Shown in pieces: positions 49,005-60,900 of a stretch of 64,000 bases of DNA. The translations under genes were made by a program, and so were the position numbers. Every line of letters begins with the position of its first letter. Position 1 is the stretch's first letter. Location of the stretch: the NCBI GenBank assembly GCA_012518115.1, contig JAAYTD010000013.1, positions 64,179 through 128,178 on the forward strand, written 5' to 3'. The stretch is from Ignavibacteria bacterium. GTDB lineage: Bacteria > Bacteroidota > Ignavibacteria > Kapaibacteriales > UBA2268. The notes beneath the pieces were generated by a model, which saw only the letters and a list, made by a program, of their open reading frames with translations, made no database searches and was not told where the DNA came from.

Positions 49005-50339
49005 ATGAATAAAAATATACTAAATCTTGCATTACCGAACATAGTAACTAATATAACAATACCTTTAGTTGGGATGGTTGATCTAGCTATAGTCGGTCAT
49101 CTCGGAAATGAAGTGTATATTAGCGCTATAGCTATAGCTACTATGATTTTCAATATGATTTATTGGAATTTCGGTTTTTTGAGAATGGGAACTACAGGCT
49201 TTACTGCTCAAGCTTATGGTGCGAATAACATTAAAGAGTCGGGGAAAATTCTTACTCGTGCTTTAATTCTTGCACTTGCATTTGCTTTGTTGATTGTATC
49301 TTTACAAAAACCGATATTAAAATTGTCGTTTTTGATTATCGCAGAAAATTTAGCTATACAAGAATTAGTAGAACAATATTTTTTCATACGGATATGGGCA
49401 GTTCCTGCGGCATTATCTCTATATGTGCTTAAAGGTTGGTTCATAGGTATGCAAGATTCAAAGTTACCTATGTGGGTAGCTATAGTGATAAATCTTGTCA
49501 ATGTTATTACAAGTTTATTGTGTGCTATTTACTTTGAAATGGGGATAGCGGGAGTAGCTTTGGGAACTTTGATAGCTCAATATACTGGGGTAATCGTTTT
49601 TATACTTGCTTTTAGATTAGGGCGTTATCGTAATATATTCGACGGATTAGACTTAAAACAGATATTTGATATGAAAGCGATGTTACGTTTTTTCAAAGTC
49701 AATTCTGATATATTTTTGCGTTCTTTGTGTTTTATTCTTATTTTTACGTTTATACCTGCTGAAGGTTCTCGGCTTGGTGATATGACTCTTGCTGTCAATA
49801 CGCTTTTGATGCAATTCTTTACTGTGTTTGCATATATTATGGACGGTTTTGCTTATGCGGGCGAAGCTTTAGTAGGACGTTACATAGGAGCAAAAGACGA
49901 TCCTTCGTTAAGACAATCAATAAGATTACTTTTTCTATGGGGAGTTGTTTTAAGTGTATTATTTGTAATTGCTTATGCGTTTTTCGGGCAAAACATTCTT
50001 CATGTTTTCACTGATAGTATTAGAGTTATTGATGCAGCACAAGAATATTACTATTGGGTCCTAATTATTCCTCTTATCGCTTTTCCTGCATTTTTATGGG
50101 ATGGAGTTTATGTTGGAGCTACTGCATCTAAAGCTATGCGAAACACTATATTCATTGCGACATTTGTTTTTTTTGCTGTATATTATTTGTTTAGCAGTAA
50201 GTTCGGAAACAACGCTTTATGGGGTGCATTTGTTGCTTTTCTTGCTTTAAGAGGAATAATACAGTTTATACTTGCAAAATCAGCAATATATAATTATAAT
50301 ATAGAGTTAGAGAACAATGTAGAGTGTATAGAAAAATAG
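49005..50339 (+). CDS. MATE-family multidrug/Na+ efflux transporter
   Basis: 444 aa, ~12 TM segments, NorM/DinF-like N-terminal pattern (LALPNIVTNITIPLVGMVDLAIVGHLG). Confidence 0.8.
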   Translation: MNKNILNLALPNIVTNITIPLVGMVDLAIVGHLGNEVYISAIAIATMIFNMIYWNFGFLRMGTTGFTAQAYGANNIKESGKILTRALILALAFALLIVSLQKPILKLSFLIIAENLAIQELVEQYFFIRIWAVPAALSLYVLKGWFIGMQDSKLPMWVAIVINLVNVITSLLCAIYFEMGIAGVALGTLIAQYTGVIVFILAFRLGRYRNIFDGLDLKQIFDMKAMLRFFKVNSDIFLRSLCFILIFTFIPAEGSRLGDMTLAVNTLLMQFFTVFAYIMDGFAYAGEALVGRYIGAKDDPSLRQSIRLLFLWGVVLSVLFVIAYAFFGQNILHVFTDSIRVIDAAQEYYYWVLIIPLIAFPAFLWDGVYVGATASKAMRNTIFIATFVFFAVYYLFSSKFGNNALWGAFVAFLALRGIIQFILAKSAIYNYNIELENNVECIEK

Positions 50340-50352
50340 GTGAAACAGAAAA

Positions 50353-51807
50353 TTAATCTTTGTCGCTACTTTTATTTTTCTTCATATTTTGCTCATATTC
50401 TTCTATCCATTTATCTTTATTTTCTAAAAAGAATTGTTTAGCTGTCTCATATTCATTTGGAATTAAGCAATCTAAAATAGCATTTTCTATATTTGATTTT
50501 ATAACTCCGACTAATTTACTTGGCGGTATATTGCATATTTCCATAATTTCTTCACCACGCACGGGCGATTGAAATTCGCGTAACTTATCTTTTTCTTGTA
50601 TTTCTATAACTTTTTGAGCAACAATATCATAGTTGTTTAGATATTGTTGAGTTAAGTTCGGATTGTTTGAGGTTATGTCGCTTCGGCAGAGAGTGAATAA
50701 ATCTTCAAGAGCTCCACCTGCTTGAAAAGCTAGTCTTCTTACAGCAGAATCCGTTACTTCGCCATCTACTAGCTGCATAGGTCGGAGATGCAAGCGAACT
50801 AAAAGTTCTACATAATCAAGATGTTCGAGAGGTAGCTTTAATTTTTTGAATATGTTTTTCATCATTTTAGCACCAACTTCTTCATGTCCAAAAAAGTGCC
50901 AGCCACTATTTTCTATGAAACGCTTTGTTTTTAACTTTCCTATATCATGGACTAATGCAGTAAAGCGTAACCATATATTATCAGTTTTGAGTGCTATATT
51001 ATCTAACACCTTCAAAGAATGATTTAACACGTCTTTATGAGCAAATTTTCGTCCATCTTTTGTTTCTACCGATTCAACTCCTTGCAGTGCAGAAAGTTCG
51101 GGGAAAACTTTGTCAAGCAAAGCTGTCTTTTTCAGAATAAAAAAAGCGATACTAGGCTTTTGTGTCGCAATACTTTTCATAAGTTCGTCTGTAATGCGTT
51201 CTTGCGAAACAATGCTTATCCTATTTGCTAATTTTGTCATAGCTTCAATAATATCATCGCTGACTGTGAAATCTAATTGGGCAGCGAAGCGCGCAGCACG
51301 CATCATTCTCAAAGGATCTTCGCTAAATGTAACCATAGGATCAAGCGGAGTAATCAGGAGCTTTTGTTGCAAATGTTCGTAGCCGTTAAATAGATCAACG
51401 ATTTCACCGGAAGTTTTGCTATTGATAGAAGCAGCCATTGCATTGACAGTAAAATCACGTCGTTTCAAGTCATCTTCAAGCGTACCTTCTTCCGTAATAG
51501 GTTTGCGTGAATTTTGATTATATGTTTCTTTGCGTGTTCCTACAAATTCTATATGCCTATTTCCTATTGGGATTAAAGCAGTACGAAACCTTTCGTAAAT
51601 TATGACTTTAGAATTAAATTCCTTTGCTACTATTTTGGCAAATTCAATTGAATCGCCACAAACTGTACAATCAATATCAGTTTGTAGCTTGCCTAACAAG
51701 TAATCGCGTACATATCCACCGACTACATAAACATCTATATTATTTTTGTCTGCAATTTTTCCTATTTTTTTTAAGATAGGTTCTTTTATTTCTATTTTTT
51801 TATTCAA
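50353..51807 (-). CDS. cca: CCA-adding tRNA nucleotidyltransferase / poly(A) polymerase family protein with HD domain
   Basis: 484 aa; PolyA_pol head (DVYVVGGYVRDYLLG...DIDCTV), RRDFTVNAMA, HD motif (VHDIGK). Confidence 0.85.
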   Translation of the reverse strand: MNKKIEIKEPILKKIGKIADKNNIDVYVVGGYVRDYLLGKLQTDIDCTVCGDSIEFAKIVAKEFNSKVIIYERFRTALIPIGNRHIEFVGTRKETYNQNSRKPITEEGTLEDDLKRRDFTVNAMAASINSKTSGEIVDLFNGYEHLQQKLLITPLDPMVTFSEDPLRMMRAARFAAQLDFTVSDDIIEAMTKLANRISIVSQERITDELMKSIATQKPSIAFFILKKTALLDKVFPELSALQGVESVETKDGRKFAHKDVLNHSLKVLDNIALKTDNIWLRFTALVHDIGKLKTKRFIENSGWHFFGHEEVGAKMMKNIFKKLKLPLEHLDYVELLVRLHLRPMQLVDGEVTDSAVRRLAFQAGGALEDLFTLCRSDITSNNPNLTQQYLNNYDIVAQKVIEIQEKDKLREFQSPVRGEEIMEICNIPPSKLVGVIKSNIENAILDCLIPNEYETAKQFFLENKDKWIEEYEQNMKKNKSSDKD

Positions 51808-52031
51808 GTTTTACTTATTTATTGATAATTATAAAAAAAAATGGTGCTATCCATATTTATTCTTACTTCTTACTTAAAATCAAAGAAATAATAACAAATA
51901 TAGCAAAAAAAATAAAAATAATATGCTTTTTCTGTATTCTTTTTTTTAATAAATATATATTTTTATCGTATTTTTACAGAAAATAATATTATATTTGTTA
52001 AATATTTATTAATTATTATAAAATTAAGACT

Positions 52032-52607
52032 ATGAAAAAACTAACATTAACAGTGTTTATATTTGCATTTACATTATATTTTACAACACAAATGCATTGT
52101 TTAGCAAACCCTTCCGTTTCAGTTGGAAAAGTATATGAAATAGTATCAGCGGAAAAATCTGAAACTGGAAAAATGGTAGATTTCTTTTTTCTTGACGATA
52201 ATGGCGAGAAAGTTTCAATTAAATCTATAGCGAAAAACAAATTTATATTTTTAAATTTTTGGGCGACTTGGTGTCCGCCGTGTCGTGCTGAAATTCCTGC
52301 TATTATTGAATTACAAGATGAACTTAAAAGTAAAGATTTAATGGTCATCGGTATTGCGTTAGAGCGTGAAAAAGATATAGCGAAAGAGAAAGAAAAAGTC
52401 CAAAATTATGTAGCTAATAACAAAATAAATTATATTAATTTTGTTACAAGTCAAGAAATAAAAAAAGCACTAGCTGATGCTTATGGTGGAATACCTTATA
52501 TTCCAACAACTTTTTTAATTGATAAAAAATATAATGTCTTTGAAAAAATACAAGGTGGACGAGAGAAAAAAGAATTTCGTGAATCACTTGATAAAATGAT
52601 GAAATAG
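52032..52607 (+). CDS. TlpA/ResA-like thiol-disulfide oxidoreductase (thioredoxin fold), secreted
   Basis: 191 aa; signal peptide; WATWCPPCRAEIP active-site CxxC. Confidence 0.85.
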   Translation: MKKLTLTVFIFAFTLYFTTQMHCLANPSVSVGKVYEIVSAEKSETGKMVDFFFLDDNGEKVSIKSIAKNKFIFLNFWATWCPPCRAEIPAIIELQDELKSKDLMVIGIALEREKDIAKEKEKVQNYVANNKINYINFVTSQEIKKALADAYGGIPYIPTTFLIDKKYNVFEKIQGGREKKEFRESLDKMMK

Positions 52608-52653
52608 ATTTTTCTTATTGATAAGTATGTGTTTTTAGAAAGATATAGAAATT

Positions 52654-53643
52654 ATGGCAAAAATTAAACTTGTTGAGGTAAAGTCTGATTTAGGTGGGAA
52701 GAAAGCGGGTGCTAGTTTAGGGATAGATGCTATACGCATAGCTTCTTACAAAAATCAAGATAATTTTGGTTTCTTTAGAAGATTTGAAGGCGAATGCTAC
52801 GATAAAATAGAAGCTGATAATCAATTGTTCAATAGACCTGATAGCCACATATATTGCAAAAAGATAAATGAACTAACAAAAATATATGAACAAACTGCTG
52901 CTGCTGTTGCTCATGGTTTGAAAAATTGTGATTTTACTATAGTTCTTGCCGGCGATCATAGCACCGCAGGTGGAACTATTTGCGGAATGAGGCAAGCTTA
53001 TCCCGATAAAAAAATAGGAGTTGTGTGGATAGATGCACATGCTGATGTTCATACACCTTATAGCTCCGACACAGGCAATATGCATGGAATGCCTGTAGCT
53101 ACTGTTATAGATGATGATAATACTGAGTGCATTTTTAACGAATTAGACAATGAAAGCATTACTTTATGGGAAAAGATAAAAAATGTTGGCGGCATAAAGA
53201 AAAAAGTAAGTTTGTCCGATTTCGTATATGTTGCTTTAAGAGATTTTGAGATCGCAGAAACAACTATTATTAATAAATATAATACAAAAGTTGTGAGAAC
53301 TATTGATCTTCGCTTGCAAGGTGCTAATGAAACGGCACATCAAATTCTGAAACACTTATCTTATTGCGATGTTATATATGTTTCTTTTGATGTCGATGCT
53401 CTGGATACTACTGTTTCTATGGGAACAGGAACTCCGTTTGAAGGAGGATTGTTTGCTTATGAAGCACGTCAGTTGTTGAAAATACTAGCTAGCTTCAATA
53501 AAGTTAAATGTATAGAAATTGCTGAAGTAAATCCTACTTTAGATGAAGATAATAAAATGGCAGAAGTTGTTTTTAATATATTTTCAACTATATGTCGCGC
53601 AGTAGATTTACGTTTTGCCCATAAAAACAGCTTTTTAATATAG
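52654..53643 (+). CDS. Arginase-family ureohydrolase (arginase / agmatinase / formiminoglutamase-like)
   Basis: 329 aa; binuclear-Mn motifs LAGDHSTAGG, WIDAHADVHTP, SFDVDALD...GTGTPFEGG. Confidence 0.75.
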   Translation: MAKIKLVEVKSDLGGKKAGASLGIDAIRIASYKNQDNFGFFRRFEGECYDKIEADNQLFNRPDSHIYCKKINELTKIYEQTAAAVAHGLKNCDFTIVLAGDHSTAGGTICGMRQAYPDKKIGVVWIDAHADVHTPYSSDTGNMHGMPVATVIDDDNTECIFNELDNESITLWEKIKNVGGIKKKVSLSDFVYVALRDFEIAETTIINKYNTKVVRTIDLRLQGANETAHQILKHLSYCDVIYVSFDVDALDTTVSMGTGTPFEGGLFAYEARQLLKILASFNKVKCIEIAEVNPTLDEDNKMAEVVFNIFSTICRAVDLRFAHKNSFLI

Positions 53644-53811
53644 GAGTTACTTTTATTAGAATTTTGGAAATGGGATAATCTATAACTTTTTATATCTAAA
53701 GAACTTTACCGAACAACATTAAATAATATAAAAAATAATAATATAAAATATATTTTTAGCTTATACGTTTATTGAATTATATAATTAACTTTTTAAAAAT
53801 GGAGTAGGGAT

Positions 53812-54327
53812 ATGAAATTACAAATTATTTTAATTTCGGTTTTAGTTTTATGTCTTAGTGCTTGTTCGGCAGGTATAAACTTAACGGATGCTTCTAAGGA
53901 TCATCCGCAAAGAGTTGTTGTTCTACCGTTGAAAGAAGACAACTATAATTGTATTAATCAATTAGAAGATATTATGCGGAACAAAGGATATGATGTGTAT
54001 AGTGGCGAACTTTTAATAGGTGAATGTACTGTAGCTTTAAGCAAATCGGAAGAAGATATTTCGTTATTAGAATTTGTAGAATATGCAAAAAAACGAGATA
54101 TATCGAAAATCATTTATGGGGAAGTTGAATATAAGTGGCAAGAATCTTCATATTCACAGGTAGGAATAATGGAGCGTGATAAAATTATAGAAGGTAATTA
54201 TGCTTTAATAGATGCTTACTGCATAGATGTTTTAACGGGCAAAAATGAGCAGATATTAAAAAATTATCGTCTTAAAAAGGTTTCTTTAGGTATGCCGAAC
54301 TTTATATATGCTTCGCCATATTTTTGA
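53812..54327 (+). CDS. Hypothetical lipoprotein
   Basis: 171 aa; lipobox VLCLSACSAG; no recognisable domain. Confidence 0.5.
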   Translation: MKLQIILISVLVLCLSACSAGINLTDASKDHPQRVVVLPLKEDNYNCINQLEDIMRNKGYDVYSGELLIGECTVALSKSEEDISLLEFVEYAKKRDISKIIYGEVEYKWQESSYSQVGIMERDKIIEGNYALIDAYCIDVLTGKNEQILKNYRLKKVSLGMPNFIYASPYF

Positions 54328-54669
54328 TCATTATATTTAATTGTTAAGAATTAATCAAGAATTAATTAAGAACATATACAAAAATATCATTTTTTTTGTT
54401 TTAACAAAGAAAAAAAACATTTTTTTTGAAAAAAATATAACAAAGACCATTTGTCAGTGATGTTTTTAAAAAAAAATGTTTTTTTTTATGTTATTTTGCA
54501 AAAATGTTATTATATTTAAATCCTATGTAATTGGTTTTATTTTTATTTTTAGAATAATTTATAATTACGATTAATAAAAACGTAATTATAATTTTGATAA
54601 AACAGAGATTTTTTTAATTAAATATATAAGTAATAACAAATTTTTTTTATTTTTTTGGAGTACAAATTT

Positions 54670-57600
54670 ATGCGTAAGCTAATTGTATTATGTTCCCTTT
54701 TAATGTTAGTGCCAGCTTCTTTGTTTGCCAGTATTTATGGAATATTGGCGGGTAAAGTTGTTGACGCTGATGGTAATGGGGTGATTGGTGCCACAGTCTT
54801 TGTAGAGGGTACCACACGTGGAACTAATGTCAGATCAAGAGATGGTAGTTTTACGGTTTCAAACATCCAAGCCGGTAGTTACACTATAAGAGTGCGTTCT
54901 ATGGGTAAGCAGGAGCAGAGAATAAATGTGCGAATCTCTGCCGACCAAACAACACGGATTAATGTTGTTTTAAGAGATGAGGCTGTACAAATGGATACAG
55001 TTGTTGTTATTGGAACTAATCCCGGCGATGGCAAGGTGGATGTTGCTCACATTGGCTCCGTAACTACTATGTCAAGCGATGAGCTGACAAGGCAAGCAAG
55101 CAGCAGTCTTGCGTCAGTTATAGGACTTAGTGCTGGTGTACAGAGTGACGGTGGTGGTTTTGCCGTGAGAGGTAGTCGTACGGAAGAAACCCAAATCAGA
55201 GTGGACGGTCTAAGTGTAAGTAACCAATTTACAGGTGGTTTTGGTGCGGGCGGTTCTTCTTATTTCCCAATGATTTCAAGTTATGCGACAGAAGAAGTGC
55301 AAGTTATCACAGGTAATTTTGCAGCTGAGTATGGCGAGGCTCAAGGCGGTGTTATTAATACTGTTATGAAAGTTGGAAGAACAGATAGATATGAAGGCTT
55401 TTTGTTCTGGCATACAAATGTACCTGCTCTCTATGGTTCGCAAGCCAACGGAGTAAAGATAGAAAAAGTTGGTAATAGTTATAAAATTTTTGATGAAGGT
55501 AAGGGATTAAGATACTTAGGATCTAACAACAATGAAATTAACTTTGGTGTTGGCGGTCCTATTCCTTTCATTAATGACAGAACTACATTTTATGTTACAG
55601 GTAGCTATCAAACTGTAACTGGTGGTGGCGGGTATGATGTGAAAGATCCTTGGGGCAACTCGCAAGTGCAATTGCCAGATGATAATTTTTGGAAGAAAAA
55701 TTTAGAAGCAAGATTACGTTTTGGTTTAACTAATAATATATCACTTGTGCTTGGCGGTAAATATGGTGTTACAAACAATGAAGGAGCATCGACAGCTTGG
55801 ATGTACAGTAATGAAATAGGTATTCCATCACTTGATGAAAATGGTAATATCTCTCCGACCGGTACACCAACTCCAAACGGAATACCGCAAAGAATAGCTA
55901 AAAACAATGTAACAAATGTTTTCGTTACAACTATTATGGCAAGATTAAATCATACTCTGAACGATAGAAGCTTTTATGAAATTACACTTGCAAACTCTGC
56001 AAACAATGATGAAACGGGACGTCGCGTAGGTTGGAATAAACCTAATTTCTTCACAGGTTTTGAAATAATGGAAGCTGTAGATAACTGGATTGTTGATGGA
56101 AGTACTTTTATTCCTGCTGTAGAAAGTGGCGGAAAAATAACAGGCGATAAAGTTATAGATTGGGCTTCTCCTATAACTTATGTTGGAATGTCTAAAGACG
56201 GATATTGTAATGCTACTTGGTACGGAATCAATCCTTTAACAGGTTACTATGAAGGTAATTTATATTCCGGTAGTACCATGAATCCTTGGGGTATTACCGG
56301 TAGAGCTGTTTCAGGTGGTGCTTCTGGATTTAATAGACGTTACGGTAGCTATTGGCAACTTGACGGAAACTATAATTTATTTCACGTACAAACAGGCAAA
56401 TTCAATCATAATTTCAAAGCAGGTTTTGAAGCAAATCTTTCAACATTACACAGACACTACAACGGCAATCCTGCTATAGGTAATCCCGTTTATGATATTT
56501 ATACAGATAAATGGGGTGGAAATATCTATGCTGGAAGTTTAGCTGAATATGATAAAACTAGCAAGCCTATGAAACAAATGAAAATAGGTGCATACGTACA
56601 AGACCAAATTACCTATAAAGGTATCGTATTTAATCCTGGATTAAGATTAGATGTCTTAAATCCTCAAACGCAATATAGAGTTGTTGATCCTGTTCGTCCT
56701 CAATTTATTCCTATTTCTTCGGACACAGGTTTTGCAGATGTATCAGTTAAGTATCAAATAAGTCCAAGACTTAGCATCAACTATCCTATTACAGAAAGAT
56801 CTTATATTTCTATTGCTTACGGCGTATTTTTCCAAAGTCCGCTTCAGCAATATATGTATGATAGATTTAATGCTGAATCTATTGGTGGTACAACTGCTCT
56901 TCTCGGTGATCCGAATATGGACGCTCAAAGAACAAATCAATATCAAGTAAGTTATAAAAATCAATTGTCAGACGAATTTGCTTTAGGTTTAACAGTATAT
57001 TACAAAGATATTTACAATCAATTAGGTGTTCAACAAGTTTTAACAGCACCTGACGCATATTTCCAATATGCAGTTTGTGAATATGGTGCAGCTAAAGGTA
57101 TTGAAGTAGATGTTAATAAATTTATGTCAAATAACTTTGCATTTAGCCTTAACTATACATTAGCTTTTACAAATGTTACTTCAAGTGGTGCTGCGTCTAA
57201 TACGTCAGTTTTACTTGATCCTTATTCAGGAAAATTAACGTTTCCATTAGCTCCTTATCCAGCTTCAGGCGATATAAGACATCGTATTAAAGGCGGTATT
57301 ACTTTCCAATTCTTTAGAGATGAAGGACCTAGTATAGCAGGTGTGAAATTTTTACAGAATGCTTATGTAACTATCAATCCTTATTGGCGTTCGGGAGTTC
57401 CTTATACTCTAACTAATATGTCTGGACAAGCGATAAGTGAAGTAAATGCTTATCGTGGTCCTAATGTTTGGAATGCTGATGCGAAAATAGCTAAATCTTT
57501 CTTCTTGCGTGATTGGTTCGGTGCAAGCTTAGGAAATGCACAAGTAGAGTTTTATGTAAACATTTATAATATGTTTAACTTGAGAGGACCAATAGGATTC

Positions 57601-57903
57601 TATACTGCAACAGGCGATCCTGATGATAGCGGAGTATTAGAAGAAGTAAAAATAGGTAATTTCCTATACACACCTTATTATGAAAAAGCAAATTATGCAA
57701 ATGCTACATCTTTTGCTGTTGACCAATATGATATATATGGAAATAGACTTTACAGTAAAGATGCAGATTTTGATAACAATGGAATTGTTACACAAGAAGA
57801 AAAATATCAGAGTTGGTTAAATGCAACAATTATGGGAATTTCTTATCGCAGTAATTATCAAGTTCCTATTCGTGTAGCAGCTGGCATACTATTTAGATTT
57901 TAA
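54670..57903 (+). CDS. TonB-dependent-receptor-like outer-membrane beta-barrel protein with N-terminal carboxypeptidase-regulatory-like domain
   Basis: Signal peptide. CarbopepD_reg-like Ig fold (GKVVDADGNGVIGATVFVEGTTRGT...GSYTIRVRS), plug-like region (DTVVVIGTN...), long strand-rich body, C-terminal aromatic ...GILFRF. Confidence 0.7.
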   Translation: MRKLIVLCSLLMLVPASLFASIYGILAGKVVDADGNGVIGATVFVEGTTRGTNVRSRDGSFTVSNIQAGSYTIRVRSMGKQEQRINVRISADQTTRINVVLRDEAVQMDTVVVIGTNPGDGKVDVAHIGSVTTMSSDELTRQASSSLASVIGLSAGVQSDGGGFAVRGSRTEETQIRVDGLSVSNQFTGGFGAGGSSYFPMISSYATEEVQVITGNFAAEYGEAQGGVINTVMKVGRTDRYEGFLFWHTNVPALYGSQANGVKIEKVGNSYKIFDEGKGLRYLGSNNNEINFGVGGPIPFINDRTTFYVTGSYQTVTGGGGYDVKDPWGNSQVQLPDDNFWKKNLEARLRFGLTNNISLVLGGKYGVTNNEGASTAWMYSNEIGIPSLDENGNISPTGTPTPNGIPQRIAKNNVTNVFVTTIMARLNHTLNDRSFYEITLANSANNDETGRRVGWNKPNFFTGFEIMEAVDNWIVDGSTFIPAVESGGKITGDKVIDWASPITYVGMSKDGYCNATWYGINPLTGYYEGNLYSGSTMNPWGITGRAVSGGASGFNRRYGSYWQLDGNYNLFHVQTGKFNHNFKAGFEANLSTLHRHYNGNPAIGNPVYDIYTDKWGGNIYAGSLAEYDKTSKPMKQMKIGAYVQDQITYKGIVFNPGLRLDVLNPQTQYRVVDPVRPQFIPISSDTGFADVSVKYQISPRLSINYPITERSYISIAYGVFFQSPLQQYMYDRFNAESIGGTTALLGDPNMDAQRTNQYQVSYKNQLSDEFALGLTVYYKDIYNQLGVQQVLTAPDAYFQYAVCEYGAAKGIEVDVNKFMSNNFAFSLNYTLAFTNVTSSGAASNTSVLLDPYSGKLTFPLAPYPASGDIRHRIKGGITFQFFRDEGPSIAGVKFLQNAYVTINPYWRSGVPYTLTNMSGQAISEVNAYRGPNVWNADAKIAKSFFLRDWFGASLGNAQVEFYVNIYNMFNLRGPIGFYTATGDPDDSGVLEEVKIGNFLYTPYYEKANYANATSFAVDQYDIYGNRLYSKDADFDNNGIVTQEEKYQSWLNATIMGISYRSNYQVPIRVAAGILFRF

Positions 57904-57928
57904 TTAAAAAATATATAGAGGAAAAAAA

Positions 57929-60900
57929 ATGACTAAAATAAAAATTATATTATCGTTATTTGTTTGCTTTTTATTAGGAAGTTATGCTAGCTATGCGGAT
58001 GTTGCTCCTGAATACAGAAAAGCAGATAATGAATTGCAAAGAAGAGTTTACGGTTATTATGATCTACAAAGAAATACTGTAAGTAATATTGAATTTGCAA
58101 TAACAAATACTGGTTCTTTATTCTATGATCAAGAAAAAAGACGTGGAACAGGTATTTGGCCACGTGGTTCATTAAACTATTATGTTTTTGGCGGTGGTAT
58201 TTGGGTTGGAGCTCAAAAGAAAAAATATTTGCAAGATGAGCAAGGAAACTACATTGATAGTACTTATACAGATACTATAGTAAGTTGGGATAGAACAAAA
58301 CCAGAAATAGTAAATGGTGATACGGTAGGTTTTGCTATGAAAACTGAATACATAGAGAAAACAGTCCGTAAGTTTGAAGCTCAAACCATCATGGAAGTTA
58401 CGTATAACCCGAATAATGCGGCAACGTTTATGACACCGGGTCGTATGGAAGATGGTGATAATGCTAATACTACAAATACATCTAAATATAGATTGTTCTT
58501 TTCTATAGATTATAGCACGGGAGATGGTTCACCGTTAGAAGAAGAAAGTGGTCCAGTTTGGCCTATATGGGACTCAAGTAGTGATCCTGAAGATTCTTTG
58601 AAATATGATAGGTATTTCGGTTGGTATATTCATGATGAAAGTAAACGTTCTCTTGATGTTTATCCGAGAGGTCCTGCATTTATTTCGGAAGAAGATATTT
58701 TTTGTACTTACAAAGATACAGATCTTACTAGATACTATGGCTTTGGTGGTCCTTCAACTCTTAAAGCTAAAGGTTATCCACTAAACATACAGTACGAACA
58801 AATGGTTTATTCTTGGAGTTTTGGTGACTACCGTGATTTTATATTCATAAAATATGAACAGCAAAACTTAGGTACGGATACTTTATGGAATATGTGGTTA
58901 GCTCCTGTATTTGACGTTGACATTGCGTTTGCAAACAACCCAAGACAAGGTGCAGGTAATGACAGATGTTCTTTCTATGGTATGGAAGGGCGACTACTTC
59001 CTGAACTTCCAGATCCTGAAAAAGCTAAAAAGAACTTTGCTTATCAATTTTCTGACGGTGATATGGGTGAGCAAGGACGTGGTTTCGGCTATGTAGGCTT
59101 TGTTTTCCTTGAATCTCCTGCTGTTATTCACGAATATGAAGATTATGATGAATATAGCGGAAAAACTTTGAAAATTAAAACAGATTCTGTAGGATTTGTA
59201 AGAAAAGATAAGAAGTTTTATACAACAGATGAACAATTAGGTCTAGTAACATATAGAAACTGGTCTATTGAAAATGACGTTACAGAAGACTTTAAAATGT
59301 ATCAATATATTTCTGAAGGAGTTACAGATGGTGATACTGGTCCTGGTGACAAACGATATATGATGGCAACAGGTCCGTTCCACTTGCGTCCGGGTGATAC
59401 TTCTCGTACTGTTGTAGGTTTAGTTCTTGCCGGTACAGGTAAAGGTGGCGATGCTGACGGAACAGATGCAGACTTAGCTGAATTGGTAAGAAAAGTTGAT
59501 TTCGCTCAATCAGTTTATGATAATAACTTTAGAGCTCCTCAACCACCTTGGCGCAGCAAAATAACAGAATGGATACCTCTTAATAACGGTATGATTATTA
59601 AATGGGACGAAGAAGCAGAAGCTTCTGAAGATAGATATGAAGCAGGTCTTGATTTTATGGGATATAAAATATATCGTGCAAGACGTTCTAACTTAGATAC
59701 TTTTGATGTAGATAATACTTCTCCTTCAACAAGATATCCAAGTGGTAAAGGACCTTTTGGGTGGAGACTTATAGCACAATATGAATTACCAAAACCTTTT
59801 GCTAAATCTCTTGTACCTGCGTACGGACCACGCGTAACAGGCGGTGAAAGAGGAGCGCAAGAATTCTCAGGAATAGATTCACTTATGGTTGTGGGCCCAG
59901 TATGGGTTAATAAAGATTCTCTTGATATTAATGCTATTAGAGTAATGAGAGTACCGCAAGGCATGTATTTCTATCCTCCTAATGTATTGTTTAATTCAAT
60001 GGTTGAGAATAACGGTGCTGCACAATTTCCAAAATTAGCAGCTACAGGTTTCTTTGAAGATAATGAATATGGAAATAGAATTGTTCCTATAATCAACAGT
60101 GTAGATACAATAGGAAGCATCTATACTAAGCCTTGGGGCCCTTACTTCAATAAAATGGTAAAAGAAAAAGGAATTAAATTTCCAATGTACTACAAAGGAC
60201 AGCATAATTACTTGTTAGATAGTGTGTTGACTGGAGTTATACATTTGAATCAATCGCTTGCTAAACTTAATCCTTTGTTCTATCAACATAAGAAGGTGCA
60301 AATTTCAGCAGATAGATATAAAGAACTTATAGCTGATACTGTTGATATAGGTGAAGTATGGGTGATTAAAGAAATTAAAAGAGATACAACTATTAATGGT
60401 AAGCCAGAAACAATTCTGATAAAACAAAAAATAGAAATTGATACTTTATATAACTTATCTACTTTTGCACCTACTACTGCAGGTGGTAATCTGATTTATA
60501 CTATCGATGCTCTTATATTGCAAAGAGATAAAGATGGCAAAAAAGATTTTAGTAAAATGTTACGTTCTTGGGATCATTTTACTTTAGTGCGTGATTCTAT
60601 CTATAGTTATATTAGTAAAGGCTGGGTTCGTGAAATTTCATTTAATGATTTTGCAGGTTCTGATAAAGTCAAAAAAGAAGTTATTATGCCATATATGAAA
60701 GAAATAACAAACGACAGAACCTTTATTGATATAGGTGATGATAATAGAGATGCTTACTTTACATTGAATGAAGATATTAGCAAAACAGAAAAATTGTTTA
60801 ATAATGTTGAATATTTCTATAAAGTTATAGCTTATGATGAAGGTGATTTCTTGCAACCTACACCTATAAAAAGGAATGAAGCTGTGCCGGGATTGCCGAA

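Noticed and set aside
54330-54660. A-run/T-run inverted motifs (aaaaaaaacattttttttg, aaaaaaaaatgttttttttt) in the AT-rich gap before the receptor gene
   Set aside because: Stems made only of A-T pairs are too weak to call as terminators or regulatory hairpins with confidence; probably low-complexity AT-rich spacer.
59539-59964. 141-aa minus-strand ORF, relatively GC-rich
   Set aside because: Antisense to the well-supported 1629-aa gene.
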